DNA of 61,240 nt, filler included. It is 9 parts of 9 records of this genome, joined end to end, with 100 filler letters (N's around TTAATTAATTAA, not from the genome) between each part and the next. Parts side by side here need not be neighbours in the genome. Positions count along the whole stretch, not along the records: positions 1 to 11,944 come from SRR31156797_95038; 8 more parts are not named here. One strand, given 5' to 3'. Positions 1-9,188 of the stretch are shown here, in pieces (within the stretch, counting starts at the first letter, position 1; each line of letters opens with the position of its first letter). The notes below the pieces were generated by a model, which worked only from the letters and a program-made list of their open reading frames with translations, was not told where the DNA came from and ran no database searches. Both the position numbers and the translations under genes were made by a program.

Positions 1-918
1 AAATTGCGCTCGATCATGCGCTATCTCGGCACCTGCGACGGCAACATGGACGAGGGCTCCATGCGTTGCGACATCAACGTTTCCGTGCGCCATGTCGGCG
101 AGACCGAGCTTCGCACCCGCACCGAGGTCAAGAACCTGAACTCGGTTCGCTTCGTCATGCAGGCCATGGAATACGAGGCCGCGCGGCAGGTCGATGCCTA
201 TGAAAACGGCGAGGAAATCGTACAGGAAACCCGTCTTTTCGATTCGGCGCGCAACGAAACCCGTCCGATGCGGGCCAAGGAGTTCGCGCATGACTACCGC
301 TATTTCCCGGATCCCGATCTTCTGCCGGTGGAACTGACCCAGGACTACGTCGACCGGATCGCTGCCGATCTTCCCGAACTGCCGGACACCAAGAAGGAAC
401 GCTATATCCGGGAATTCGGTCTGTCTCCCTATGACGCCGGGGTTCTTGTCGCGTCACGCCGCACGGCCGAATATTTCGAAAAGGTGGCGGCCGGGCGCGA
501 TACGAAGATCGCCGTCAACTGGGTGACGTCCAATCTTTTCGGAATGCTCAATTCCAAGGGCCTGGGCATCGATGAAAGCCCGGTCACGGCCGAAAACCTG
601 GGCAGGCTTCTCGATTTGATTGCCGATGGAACCATCTCGGGACGCATCGCCAAGGATGTATTCGAGGCGATGGCGGACAGCGGCAAGGATCCGGAAACGA
701 TTGTCGAGGAAAAGGGCCTGAAGCAGATCAGCGATACCGGCGCCATCGAAGGAATTATCGATGACTTGATCGCCGGCAATCCCGATCAGGCGGACCAATT
801 CCGGTCCGGCAATGATAAGGTCATCGGTTGGTTCGTCGGAAAGGTCATGCAAGCCACCCAGGGCAAGGCCAATCCCGGCGTCGTCAACGAAATCCTGCGT
901 AAGAAACTCGCAGGGTAA
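1..918 (+). CDS. gatB: Asp/Glu-tRNA(Asn/Gln) amidotransferase subunit B, 5'-truncated at window edge
   Basis: Motifs [34 protein letters not shown] and C-terminal [17 protein letters not shown]. Confidence 0.97.
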   Translation, partial: KLRSIMRYLGTCDGNMDEGSMRCDINVSVRHVGETELRTRTEVKNLNSVRFVMQAMEYEAARQVDAYENGEEIVQETRLFDSARNETRPMRAKEFAHDYRYFPDPDLLPVELTQDYVDRIAADLPELPDTKKERYIREFGLSPYDAGVLVASRRTAEYFEKVAAGRDTKIAVNWVTSNLFGMLNSKGLGIDESPVTAENLGRLLDLIADGTISGRIAKDVFEAMADSGKDPETIVEEKGLKQISDTGAIEGIIDDLIAGNPDQADQFRSGNDKVIGWFVGKVMQATQGKANPGVVNEILRKKLAG

Positions 919-987
919 GCGGCGCCGACCGGGCTCTCCTTTTGCCAGGGGAATGTATCGGCCAGAGATACACATAGGATATCGAAC

Positions 988-1448
988 ATGTCCGTAAGAA
1001 TATTGGCCGCCATGGGGGGCGCATTTATTCTTTTGTTTGTTGGCGCAACCTCAGGTCGTGCATCAGGAGACAGCGCCACCGGAAACGTCTATCCCGAAAA
1101 ATCGTGGCGGCGACCGGCACGCACATCAGTGCCAATAACCATACAGAGGTATTGGGTGCGGGAACCGTTGCGCTGGAGGGAACGCGCCGTTCCGGCCTGG
1201 TTGAAAACGAAACCATGCAATACATCGTCGAATTGGCCGAGGATGGTATGGCGCAGATCGAAATCGGCGGCCATATCGTCGATTCCGGCAGATGGTGGAT
1301 GGACGGATCGGGGTTCGGCTTTCGATTGGAAAGAATGACCCGGGGGCAGTCCGAAACCCGTTTTGCTGTTGCCGACGGCAACCGGATCAAGTTCTTCGAT
1401 CCGGATACCGGGTCCCTGGCTTTCACCCTGACGCGGATTAATGACTGA
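988..1448 (+). pseudogene. Small exported hypothetical protein, apparently frameshifted at the A5 run 1097-1101
   Basis: ORF at 988 has an RBS-like AGGA and a signal-peptide-like N-terminus; ORF 1104-1448 in another frame reads as the mature part; one extra A in the run would join them (..YPEKIVAATG..). Confidence 0.4.
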
Positions 1449-1553
1449 TTCTTCCAGGGCGGTTTTCCACTATTCCGCTCTTTTCGACGCCAATAAGTTG
1501 CTCCGGGACAGGCTTTCCGCCTAAAATCCGACCCCAGAAGGGGGCGGTAGCAA

Positions 1554-3170
1554 ATGGCGGAATCCGAGCAGAATCAAAGCAGTGGGTCGCCATGGGGGAG
1601 TGTCGCCCTTGTCGCCCTCCCGGTTCTCTATCTTGTTTCGGCGCTGGTTTTACGGACCGATGCGGGACCGTTTTGGCTCTGGCACGCCATTGACCCGAGC
1701 TATTTCTATCTTCTTGATTCCGTCAATCTGATTAACCTGACGACTCCAGGGCATGTGGCGCATCCGGGAACGCCGGTCCAATCCATCGGCGCCCTCGTGA
1801 TGCTCTCGGCTCACGGTTTCGGGGCGGTGGACGAGATTACCGAAGCCGTCCTCAGGGATCCGGAACCTTATTTGCGAGCGATCAGCACCGTTCTTTACGC
1901 GTTAAACGCGTTTGGTCTGGTCGCTGTCGGTTTTGCCGCGCGATTTGCCTTCGGTGGATTGCTGCCGGCGCTTGTTGCCCAGGCCGGTCCGTTCGCATCG
2001 ACCGTCATTGTCCGTCACGGTCTCTATGTGAAACCCGAGACATTGTTGATCCTGGCGGTCTTGGCCTTGGCCGCCCTGACACTGGTCGCAACACGCCCCG
2101 GGTTGTTGGAAAGAAAACGCTTTCATCTGGCGGTATTGTTCGGGATTGCCGCCGGCTTCGGAATCGCCACCAAGGTTTCGGCGGCGCCGATCTACGTGTT
2201 GCCGGTGTTTTTGCTGTGGGGATTGCGGCCCCTGGCCGTATATGCCGTCTCCGCCATTGTATCCTTCCTTTTTTTCACGCTTCCGGCGATCGGTGGATAT
2301 GGCGATTTTTTCTCGTATGTCGGCCAGATTGCGGTCGGAAGCGGGCATTTCGGCGGCGGCGCCCAAACCGTCATCGATCTCGACCACTATCCGCGCTATG
2401 TCTTCAAAATGTTCAGCCGGCCGGTGCTGTTCGTACCGATTATTCTATCCGTGGCGGCGCTTTTGGTCGCGTGGCGGCGAAGACGTCGCGGCCAACCCGT
2501 TTCCGGGCCTATGGTTTTGGCATTGGCGGGAACGGTGCTGGCGCAGGTGTTGCACATTTTGGCCACGGCGAAACATCCCAGCGCCCACTATTTATTGCCG
2601 GCCTTGGTGTTGAGCGGATTGACGGTGTCGCTGCTATACGGCGTCGTTTCAGGCTTTGCGATGGGATCGCCACGGGGCCGATTCTGGACGAAGGAAGTGG
2701 TCGCGGTTCTCTTTGGCGTTTATCTGCTGGCCCAGGGCGTGGCCATTGTCGCGCAGGATATCGAACTGCGCCATTGGCGGACCGAAGCCGAAAAGATCGA
2801 CAACGCCGATTTTGCGCAATGCGCCCGAATAAACTTTCAATTCTCGAGCGATCCGACCTATGCGCTTTTCCTTGGCAACCATATCACCAAGGGAAAACTG
2901 GCCGATCTGCTTGGACCCCTGGCGCCGCCCAACGACTATTGGTTTGATATCGTCTCCCAAACTTTTCGCGATTGGTACGGCGAGACCGAATTGCTCGACG
3001 TTCTGGCAGAATATCCATGCGCTCTGATCCGAGGGGCGGATCGAAGCTTCATGGAAAGGTATTTGGCCGAAAATGCCCCGGGCTTTGTCGTCCATGACGA
3101 ATGTTCGACGGAGTATGAAGCGGTGTTGACCTCGGCGGTCGACTGCAAAGGGGAATTGATCGGCAAATAA
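1554..3170 (+). CDS. Polytopic membrane protein, probable GT-C fold (ArnT/PMT-like) glycosyltransferase
   Basis: Many hydrophobic segments, acidic first loop (IDPSYFYLLD), KPE and GIATK motifs, soluble C-terminal domain. Confidence 0.55.
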   Translation: MAESEQNQSSGSPWGSVALVALPVLYLVSALVLRTDAGPFWLWHAIDPSYFYLLDSVNLINLTTPGHVAHPGTPVQSIGALVMLSAHGFGAVDEITEAVLRDPEPYLRAISTVLYALNAFGLVAVGFAARFAFGGLLPALVAQAGPFASTVIVRHGLYVKPETLLILAVLALAALTLVATRPGLLERKRFHLAVLFGIAAGFGIATKVSAAPIYVLPVFLLWGLRPLAVYAVSAIVSFLFFTLPAIGGYGDFFSYVGQIAVGSGHFGGGAQTVIDLDHYPRYVFKMFSRPVLFVPIILSVAALLVAWRRRRRGQPVSGPMVLALAGTVLAQVLHILATAKHPSAHYLLPALVLSGLTVSLLYGVVSGFAMGSPRGRFWTKEVVAVLFGVYLLAQGVAIVAQDIELRHWRTEAEKIDNADFAQCARINFQFSSDPTYALFLGNHITKGKLADLLGPLAPPNDYWFDIVSQTFRDWYGETELLDVLAEYPCALIRGADRSFMERYLAENAPGFVVHDECSTEYEAVLTSAVDCKGELIGK

Positions 3171-3287
3171 GGCGTCGCCAAGGGATTGAAGAGGATATCC
3201 GGACTCGGCGGTTGCCTGCGGGGGTGTCTGTCACGATCTTAGGGCGGACGCGATATCTTGGCGAAAACGGAACAATCGGGGAATAAC

Positions 3288-3911
3288 ATGATCCATCTTC
3301 ACACTTGGAAAACATCGAACGGCCGCAAGGCCTCCATCATGTTGGAGGAATTGGGCGTGCCCTATGAGGTGCATCCCATCAATATCGGTGCGGGCGAACA
3401 ATTCGATCCCGAGTTCCTGAAGATCAGCCCGAACAATCGCATCCCGGCGATCGTCGATACCGATGGGCCGGATGGAAAACCGCTTCGCCTTTTCGAATCG
3501 GGTGCGATCCTGATCTATCTGGCCGAAAAGTTCGAAAGTCCGCTCCTGCCGACCGATGCGCGCGCCCGCATAACCGTCATTCAGTGGCTCATGTGGCAGA
3601 TGGGCGGCGTCGGCCCGATGTTCGGCCAAACCCATCATTTCAACCGCGCCGCGCCCGAAGACGTTCCCTACGCCAAGAAACGCTATGCGGATGAAACCAA
3701 GCGGCTCTATGGGGTCATGGACAAACGGTTGGCGGAATCCGAATTCCTCGGCGGCCCCGACTATTCGATCGCCGACATCGCCACTTTCCCGTGGACTGTC
3801 CGTTATGAATGGCAGGGGATTGATCTTGCCGCTTTTCCCAACGTCAAACGCTGGTTCGATACCATTTCGGCACGGCCTGCCGTGCAAACTGGATTGGAGA
3901 TTCCGGCATGA
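3288..3911 (+). CDS. Glutathione S-transferase family protein (YfcG/YghU-like)
   Basis: TSNGRKASIMLEELG, SPNNRIPAIVD, FESGAILIYLAEK, QWLMWQMGGVGPMFGQ, YSIADIA; ATG at 3288 preferred over TTG at 3258. Confidence 0.92.
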   Translation: MIHLHTWKTSNGRKASIMLEELGVPYEVHPINIGAGEQFDPEFLKISPNNRIPAIVDTDGPDGKPLRLFESGAILIYLAEKFESPLLPTDARARITVIQWLMWQMGGVGPMFGQTHHFNRAAPEDVPYAKKRYADETKRLYGVMDKRLAESEFLGGPDYSIADIATFPWTVRYEWQGIDLAAFPNVKRWFDTISARPAVQTGLEIPA

Positions 3912-4435
3912 GCCTGTTTGAGAACAAATCCGTCAAGGCGGTCAGAAAGGTTCTGGCCGCGGCCGGTTCCGAGGCACAGGTCGTCAAGCTCGACAAGACG
4001 ACACATACCGCACAGGACGCGGCCAATGCCCTCAATGCACCGCTTGGGTCGATCGTCAAATCCTTGGTGTTCATGGTCGGTGGTCAGCCGGTAATGGCAT
4101 TGATCGCGGGCGACAAGCAGTGCGCCGAGGCCGCATTGCCGCGAGCCTTCAATATGGAAGGAGATGTCGCCCAGGCCGAGGCCGGCCAAGTGCGCGAAGT
4201 GACCGGTTTTGCCATCGGTGGCGTTGCGCCGGTGGCTTTAAAGACCGAAATGCCCATTGTTGTGGACGTCAGCCTGAAGCGTTTTGCGACGATATACGCG
4301 TCGGCCGGGCATCCGCACTATGTGTTTGCGACGAACATGAATGAACTGAAAAAGCTTACCGGTGGAATCGTCAGCTACAACATTACGCAAGGCGATTTCC
4401 ACCATCCGGCAAAATCGGGTGCGAACGCGGCTTGA
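3908..4435 (+). CDS. YbaK/EbsC (aminoacyl-tRNA deacylase superfamily) protein
   Basis: THTAQDAA, IVKSLVF, TGFAIGGVAP and YASAG motifs; ATGA overlap with the GST stop. Confidence 0.88.
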   Translation: MSLFENKSVKAVRKVLAAAGSEAQVVKLDKTTHTAQDAANALNAPLGSIVKSLVFMVGGQPVMALIAGDKQCAEAALPRAFNMEGDVAQAEAGQVREVTGFAIGGVAPVALKTEMPIVVDVSLKRFATIYASAGHPHYVFATNMNELKKLTGGIVSYNITQGDFHHPAKSGANAA

Positions 4436-4538
4436 CGGGTAGGTGTCGTGATATCTGTCTGAGGCACAATACCCCTTATTGTCCCTTGCTGTTTTCCCGC
4501 ACCGCAAGCCGAATGGTTGCGATTCGGCAAATTGGCAC

Positions 4539-4568
4539 TTGACCCCAATCCCATTGGTTCTCTACGTT
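4539..4568 (+). promoter_or_regulatory. Putative sigma70 promoter of tRNA-Ser
   Basis: TTGACC (4539-4544), 18-nt spacer, TACGTT (4563-4568), 11 nt before the tRNA. Confidence 0.4.
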
Positions 4569-4579
4569 CCCGGGCAGCC

Positions 4580-4669
4580 GGATGGGTGGCCGAGTGGCTG
4601 AAGGCGCTCCCCTGCTAAGGGAGTATACGGGGAACCGTATCGTGGGTTCGAATCCCACCCCATCCGCCA
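4580..4669 (+). tRNA. tRNA-Ser (anticodon GCT)
   Basis: Acceptor stem GGATGGG/CCCATCC, discriminator G, encoded CCA; anticodon stem CTCCC/GGGAG with loop CTGCTAA; long variable arm; T-loop GGTTCGAATCC. Confidence 0.97.
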
Positions 4670-5100
4670 GCCAATCCGAATAGTGGCCACGGGTGGCAGT
4701 TCCGCCAATACCTCTGGGCCCATTTTCACGAGTGCTCGGTTTGCTTGTCGTTCAACAGAGCGAGGTAGCGCGACCGGCTCTGGAGCTGTATTTCCGGCGC
4801 GGCCTGTCGCTTGATGACGGAAACCCGATGGTCTTCCTGACCAGTCTGGACAGCGTCGTCTTCCTTGGCCTTATCGTCGTATTTTTCGATTTCTTCGTCA
4901 TAAGGCGGCCTCGGATGGCATTGTCGAATCAATCGCCGAAGACGAAATAAAACCGCCATTGCGGGTCACGTCACGAAGCGGACTAGCCATCGCTGCCTTG
5001 CCGGGACGGCAAAAACGAAGAACACAAGATTTCTTGTGTATCGAGAGCGCCAGGATTCCGGTTAAGGAAGAGGTGAAGCTCGGCCCGCAGAGACCGAGTT

Positions 5101-5778
5101 TCAGTCGATGAATTCGCAGCCGCGCTCGATCAGTGTGGCGTCGACCCAGCTTCGGTCCATGGTGCCGTCCTCGATGGACGCCATCTGGCCTTCCTCGGCA
5201 TGGTTCTTGGCCTGGGCGTCTTCCAGGATCTTGGCGGCGCCGGCGCGCGGTACGGCGAGCACGCCGTCGATGTCGCCGAGGATCAGGTCGCCAGGCTCGA
5301 TGACCATGCCGTCGAGGCTGATCGCGAAGCCGATCTCGCCGGGGCCGTCCTTGTAGGGGCCGCGGTGGGTGACGCCGCAGGCGTAGACCGGCAGGTTCAG
5401 ATCGAGGAAGGCCTGGCGGTCTCGGATGGCACCGTTGAGGACGAATCCGCCGATGCCGCGCTTGATGGCCAGCCGCAGCATGATCTCGCCCATCAGCGAA
5501 TTGGTCACATCGCCGCCGGCGTCGCAGACGATGACGTCGCCCGGCGCCGCCATGTCGATGGCCTTGTGCAGCATCAGGTTGTCGCCGGGACGCGAACGCA
5601 CGGTCAGGGCCGGTCCGGCCAGCACGCCGTCGCGGTGCATGGGCTGCAGGGCGCTGCCGCCGGCGTCCATGCGCCACATGCAATCGCTGACATTGGCCAC
5701 CGGTATCGGCCGGAAGCCCTCGACCAGGCCAGCCGGCACCCGCGTCCAACTCTTCTTGATGCGAAATCCTTCGCCCAT
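5101..5778 (-). CDS. RraA-family protein, probable HMG/CHA aldolase-like
   Basis: ANVSDCM, LAGPALTV, PGDNLMLHKAID, GDVIVCD, GAIRD, PGDLILGDIDGV. Confidence 0.85.
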   Translation of the reverse strand: MGEGFRIKKSWTRVPAGLVEGFRPIPVANVSDCMWRMDAGGSALQPMHRDGVLAGPALTVRSRPGDNLMLHKAIDMAAPGDVIVCDAGGDVTNSLMGEIMLRLAIKRGIGGFVLNGAIRDRQAFLDLNLPVYACGVTHRGPYKDGPGEIGFAISLDGMVIEPGDLILGDIDGVLAVPRAGAAKILEDAQAKNHAEEGQMASIEDGTMDRSWVDATLIERGCEFID

Positions 5779-5823
5779 TTCAGGAACCCCTTTTCGTTCT
5801 TGTTTTAATGTCGGGCCTGCCGG

Positions 5824-6099
5824 TCAGTGAGCCACGGTCGGCAGCCGCAGCCTTTTGAATACCCTGAGGGCGTTCCTGAAATAAACCTTCTCTTTGTCTG
5901 TATCCGACAAATCGGTGTTGGCCTCGATGTATTGGCGGGTATCGTCGAACCACTTGCCGGTGTCGGGATTCTTGCAGCGCACGGCGCCGTGCATCTCGGA
6001 CGCGAACAGAATGTTGTCGACCGGCACCACGTCGGCCAAAAGGTCGACGCCCAGCTGGTGGTAGACGCAGGTGTCGAAGAACAGGTTTTCGCCCATCAG
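5824..6099 (-). pseudogene. ligJ: C-terminal remnant (~90 aa) of a LigJ-type amidohydrolase (4-oxalomesaconate hydratase)
   Basis: NLFFDTCVYHQLGVDLL..VPVDNILFASEM.GAVR..PDTG..FDDT..YIE..NALRVF.RL resembles the LigJ C-terminus; the N-terminal ~250 aa are absent and the PCuAC gene occupies that space. Confidence 0.8.
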
Positions 6100-6160
6100 C
6101 GAATTTCTCGAAATTGTCCGGCAAAGTGCGGTCGGCTGACCGACGCCGTCTATGCCGGCG

Positions 6161-6661
6161 TCAACTTCCGTGTTTCTGCTTGTGCATGCCGCCATCCATT
6201 GGCAGGCCCTTGGCTCCCGGTGCCAAAACCTTCGCCTCGATCTCGACCCGCCCGGCTTTCTCGAAGATCAGTGTGATCGGAATCATCTCGTTCATTTTCA
6301 ACGGGGCGTGAAGCCCAATGAACATGATGTGCAGTCCACCGGGCTGAAGCACCGTCGGGGTGCCGGGATGGACCTCGATGGCCTCGACCTGGCGCATCTT
6401 CATGACGCCCTTTTCCATCAGGTGGGTATGCAGTTCGACCTTTTTCGACACCGTTGATTCTGCTGCGACCAGACGGTCCATTTCGGTACCATGGGTCGAC
6501 AAATGAAGAAAGGCGGCCCCTGCCTTCATCATCTTCGAGGCACTTGCACGGGCCCAGGGGTCGGAGACAACGATATTGCCGACCTTGAAATCGGCTGCCG
6601 AAGCGACTCCCGCGACCAAGGCGATTGCCGCCACGAAAGCGGCGAGAAATGTTCTTTTCAT
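6161..6661 (-). CDS. Periplasmic copper chaperone PCu(A)C
   Basis: Signal peptide; PWARAS; VELHTH..GVMKMR..LQPGGLHIMF copper-binding pattern; His/Met-rich tail. Confidence 0.93.
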   Translation of the reverse strand: MKRTFLAAFVAAIALVAGVASAADFKVGNIVVSDPWARASASKMMKAGAAFLHLSTHGTEMDRLVAAESTVSKKVELHTHLMEKGVMKMRQVEAIEVHPGTPTVLQPGGLHIMFIGLHAPLKMNEMIPITLIFEKAGRVEIEAKVLAPGAKGLPMDGGMHKQKHGS

Positions 6662-6954
6662 GTTGCCTAATCCTTCTTTCCGGTGTCCGATACCCCAGGC
6701 ATACGGATGTCTGTCCGATTAAATAGGAAAAGATCGGGCCACCGAAAGGGAAAACGTCTTACCATTCGTGACGCCGATCTTGCGGGTGCCGGGCGGACTT
6801 CCATCCCGGCGCAAGCGATAGCCGGGGCCGGAATGGGCTTCCCTCAACGGAGTTCGCCTTGCTTAGTCGGCTTCATGGCACAATATCCGGCGCGTTTTTT
6901 AGCATTGCGGAAGCCCAAGGGATCGGCGATTAAGAACGACATATCCGGTGTATT

Positions 6955-9177
6955 GTGAAAGTGGAAATGAACATCGACGACCATAAATCGGGACTTGCCG
7001 CCATCGTCAACGCCGAACACGGCGATCCGTTCGCCTATCTGGGCATGCATACGGACGGTCCTGGCGGATGCCTGACCGTGCGCGCTTTCCTGCCGCAGGC
7101 GGGTGAAGCCGACGTGATCGACCTGCGAACCGGCAAAACCGTTGCCCGCATGGAACGGATCCACGAGACCGGTCTTTTCGCCGCGACCCTGAAACGCCGC
7201 AAGAAACCGTTCGACTACCGGCTTCGTTTGCGGGCGGGTGAACACCAGTGGGAGATCGATGATCCCTATCGATTCCCGCCCGTATTGGGCGAGATGGACA
7301 TCTATCTGATCGCCGAAGGAACCGATCTGGCGACCTATCGAAAAATGGGCGCCCACCCCAGAAGCCATTGCCAGGTCGACGGCGTTCATTTTGCGGTTTG
7401 GGCACCGAATGCACGGCGGGTCAGTGTCGTCGGCGAATTCAACGACTGGGACGGCCGTCGGCACCCGATGCGCCTCCATCCCGGCTGCGGTGTTTGGGAG
7501 ATTTTTCTGCCCGGTATCGGTGCCGGTACGACCTACAAGTTCGAAATCAAGGGGCAGGATGGCCGCGTTGCCGACCTCAAGGCGGACCCGTATGCCTTTC
7601 AATGCGAAATTCCGCCGAAAACGGCATCGGTGGTGCACGGGCTCGGCGCCTATCGGTGGTGTGACGGCGATTGGATGAATGAGCGTGCCACCGCCAATCG
7701 GCGGGAGGCGCCGATTTCCATCTATGAGGTCCATCTGACCTCGTGGCAGCGCGTGCCGGAAGAGGGATTCCGGTCGTTCAGCTATTCGGAGTTGGCGGAT
7801 CGTCTGGTTCCCTACGTCAAGGAAATGGGTTTCACCCATATCGAGCTTCTGCCGATCAGCGAATATCCCTTCGACGGGTCTTGGGGCTATCAGCCAATCA
7901 GCCTGTTTGCGCCGACCAGTCGCCTCGGCGGGCCGGACGATTTCCGCGCCCTTGTCGATTCCTGTCATCGGGCCGGCATCGGCGTGATCATCGACTGGGT
8001 CGCCGCCCATTTTCCGGAAGACGCCCATGGCTTGGTGCAGTTCGATGGATCGCACCTGTACGAGCATTCCGATCCGCGGCGTGGACGGCACATGGATTGG
8101 GGGACGCTGATCTACAACTACGGCCGCACTGAGGTGGCCAATTTTCTAATTGCCAACGCCCTATTCTGGTTGGACGAATTCCATATCGACGGTTTGCGCG
8201 TCGATGCCGTGGCATCGATGCTTTACCTCGACTACAGCCGCGAGGAAGGCGAGTGGGTTCCAAACATTCACGGCGGCAACGAAAACATCGAGGCGGTTCA
8301 GTTCCTGAAACGCCTCAACGAGCAGGTCTACGCCAATTTCCCCGGTGTCATGACGATGGCCGAGGAATCGACTTCCTGGCCGATGGTGTCCCGGCCGACG
8401 GAATCGGGTGGACTGGGTTTCGGTTTCAAATGGAATATGGGCTGGATGCACGACACCCTGCATTTCATGGCCCGCGAACCGATCCACCGGAAATACCACC
8501 TCAACGATCTGACCTTCGGCCTGCTGTATGCCTTTCAGGAAAACTTCGTCCTGCCGCTTTCCCACGACGAAGTTGTTCACGGAAAACGATCCATTCTTGG
8601 CCGCATGCCCGGCGACGATTGGCAACGCTTTGCCAACCTGCGGGCCTACTATGCCTTCATGTTCACCTATCCCGGCAAGAAGCTGCTGTTCATGGGCAAC
8701 GAATTTGCCCAAAGTGACGAATGGAACCATGATTCAAGCCTTGATTGGCATCTTCTCGATTTCGAGCCCCATTCCGGGATCAGCCGTCTCGTCAAGGATC
8801 TGAACCACCTGTACCGGGATATGCCCGTCCTTCATGAAAAGGATTGCGAACCCGAGGGTTTTCATTGGATCGACTGCCAGGATACCGAGCAGGGTGTGCT
8901 GTCCTATGCGCGCCGGGGAGCGACCCCGGGCGAGGTTATCGTCGTCGTTTGCAATTTCACGCCTGTGGTGCGACACGACTACCGTGTCGGCGCGCCGCTG
9001 GACGGATGGTACGCCGAAGAGCTCAATTCGGATTCCTCCTATTACGGCGGCGGCAATGTTGGCAACTTCGGCGGTGTCGGATCCGAACCCCAGGCTTGGC
9101 ACGGCCAGGCCCATTCCATGGTGATCTCGTTGCCGCCCTTGGCGGTCGTCGTGTTCCGTCGGACCGGCGGCCAATAA
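6955..9177 (+). CDS. glgB: 1,4-alpha-glucan branching enzyme
   Basis: [63 protein letters not shown]; start may be ATG 6967. Confidence 0.98.
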   Translation: MKVEMNIDDHKSGLAAIVNAEHGDPFAYLGMHTDGPGGCLTVRAFLPQAGEADVIDLRTGKTVARMERIHETGLFAATLKRRKKPFDYRLRLRAGEHQWEIDDPYRFPPVLGEMDIYLIAEGTDLATYRKMGAHPRSHCQVDGVHFAVWAPNARRVSVVGEFNDWDGRRHPMRLHPGCGVWEIFLPGIGAGTTYKFEIKGQDGRVADLKADPYAFQCEIPPKTASVVHGLGAYRWCDGDWMNERATANRREAPISIYEVHLTSWQRVPEEGFRSFSYSELADRLVPYVKEMGFTHIELLPISEYPFDGSWGYQPISLFAPTSRLGGPDDFRALVDSCHRAGIGVIIDWVAAHFPEDAHGLVQFDGSHLYEHSDPRRGRHMDWGTLIYNYGRTEVANFLIANALFWLDEFHIDGLRVDAVASMLYLDYSREEGEWVPNIHGGNENIEAVQFLKRLNEQVYANFPGVMTMAEESTSWPMVSRPTESGGLGFGFKWNMGWMHDTLHFMAREPIHRKYHLNDLTFGLLYAFQENFVLPLSHDEVVHGKRSILGRMPGDDWQRFANLRAYYAFMFTYPGKKLLFMGNEFAQSDEWNHDSSLDWHLLDFEPHSGISRLVKDLNHLYRDMPVLHEKDCEPEGFHWIDCQDTEQGVLSYARRGATPGEVIVVVCNFTPVVRHDYRVGAPLDGWYAEELNSDSSYYGGGNVGNFGGVGSEPQAWHGQAHSMVISLPPLAVVVFRRTGGQ

Positions 9178-9188
9178 AAGGTGCCGTC

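Noticed and set aside
4693-4959. Short ORFs on both strands after tRNA-Ser
   Set aside because: No recognisable motifs or convincing RBS; cannot be supported as genes.
6683-6954. GC-rich hairpins upstream of PCuAC as a possible cobalamin or metal riboswitch
   Set aside because: No B12-box or other recognisable aptamer consensus; hairpins are expected at this GC content.
8844-9188. N-terminal extension of the glgX ORF in the track
   Set aside because: Overlaps the glgB 3' end in another frame and has no GlgX similarity; the real start is probably TTG 9189.
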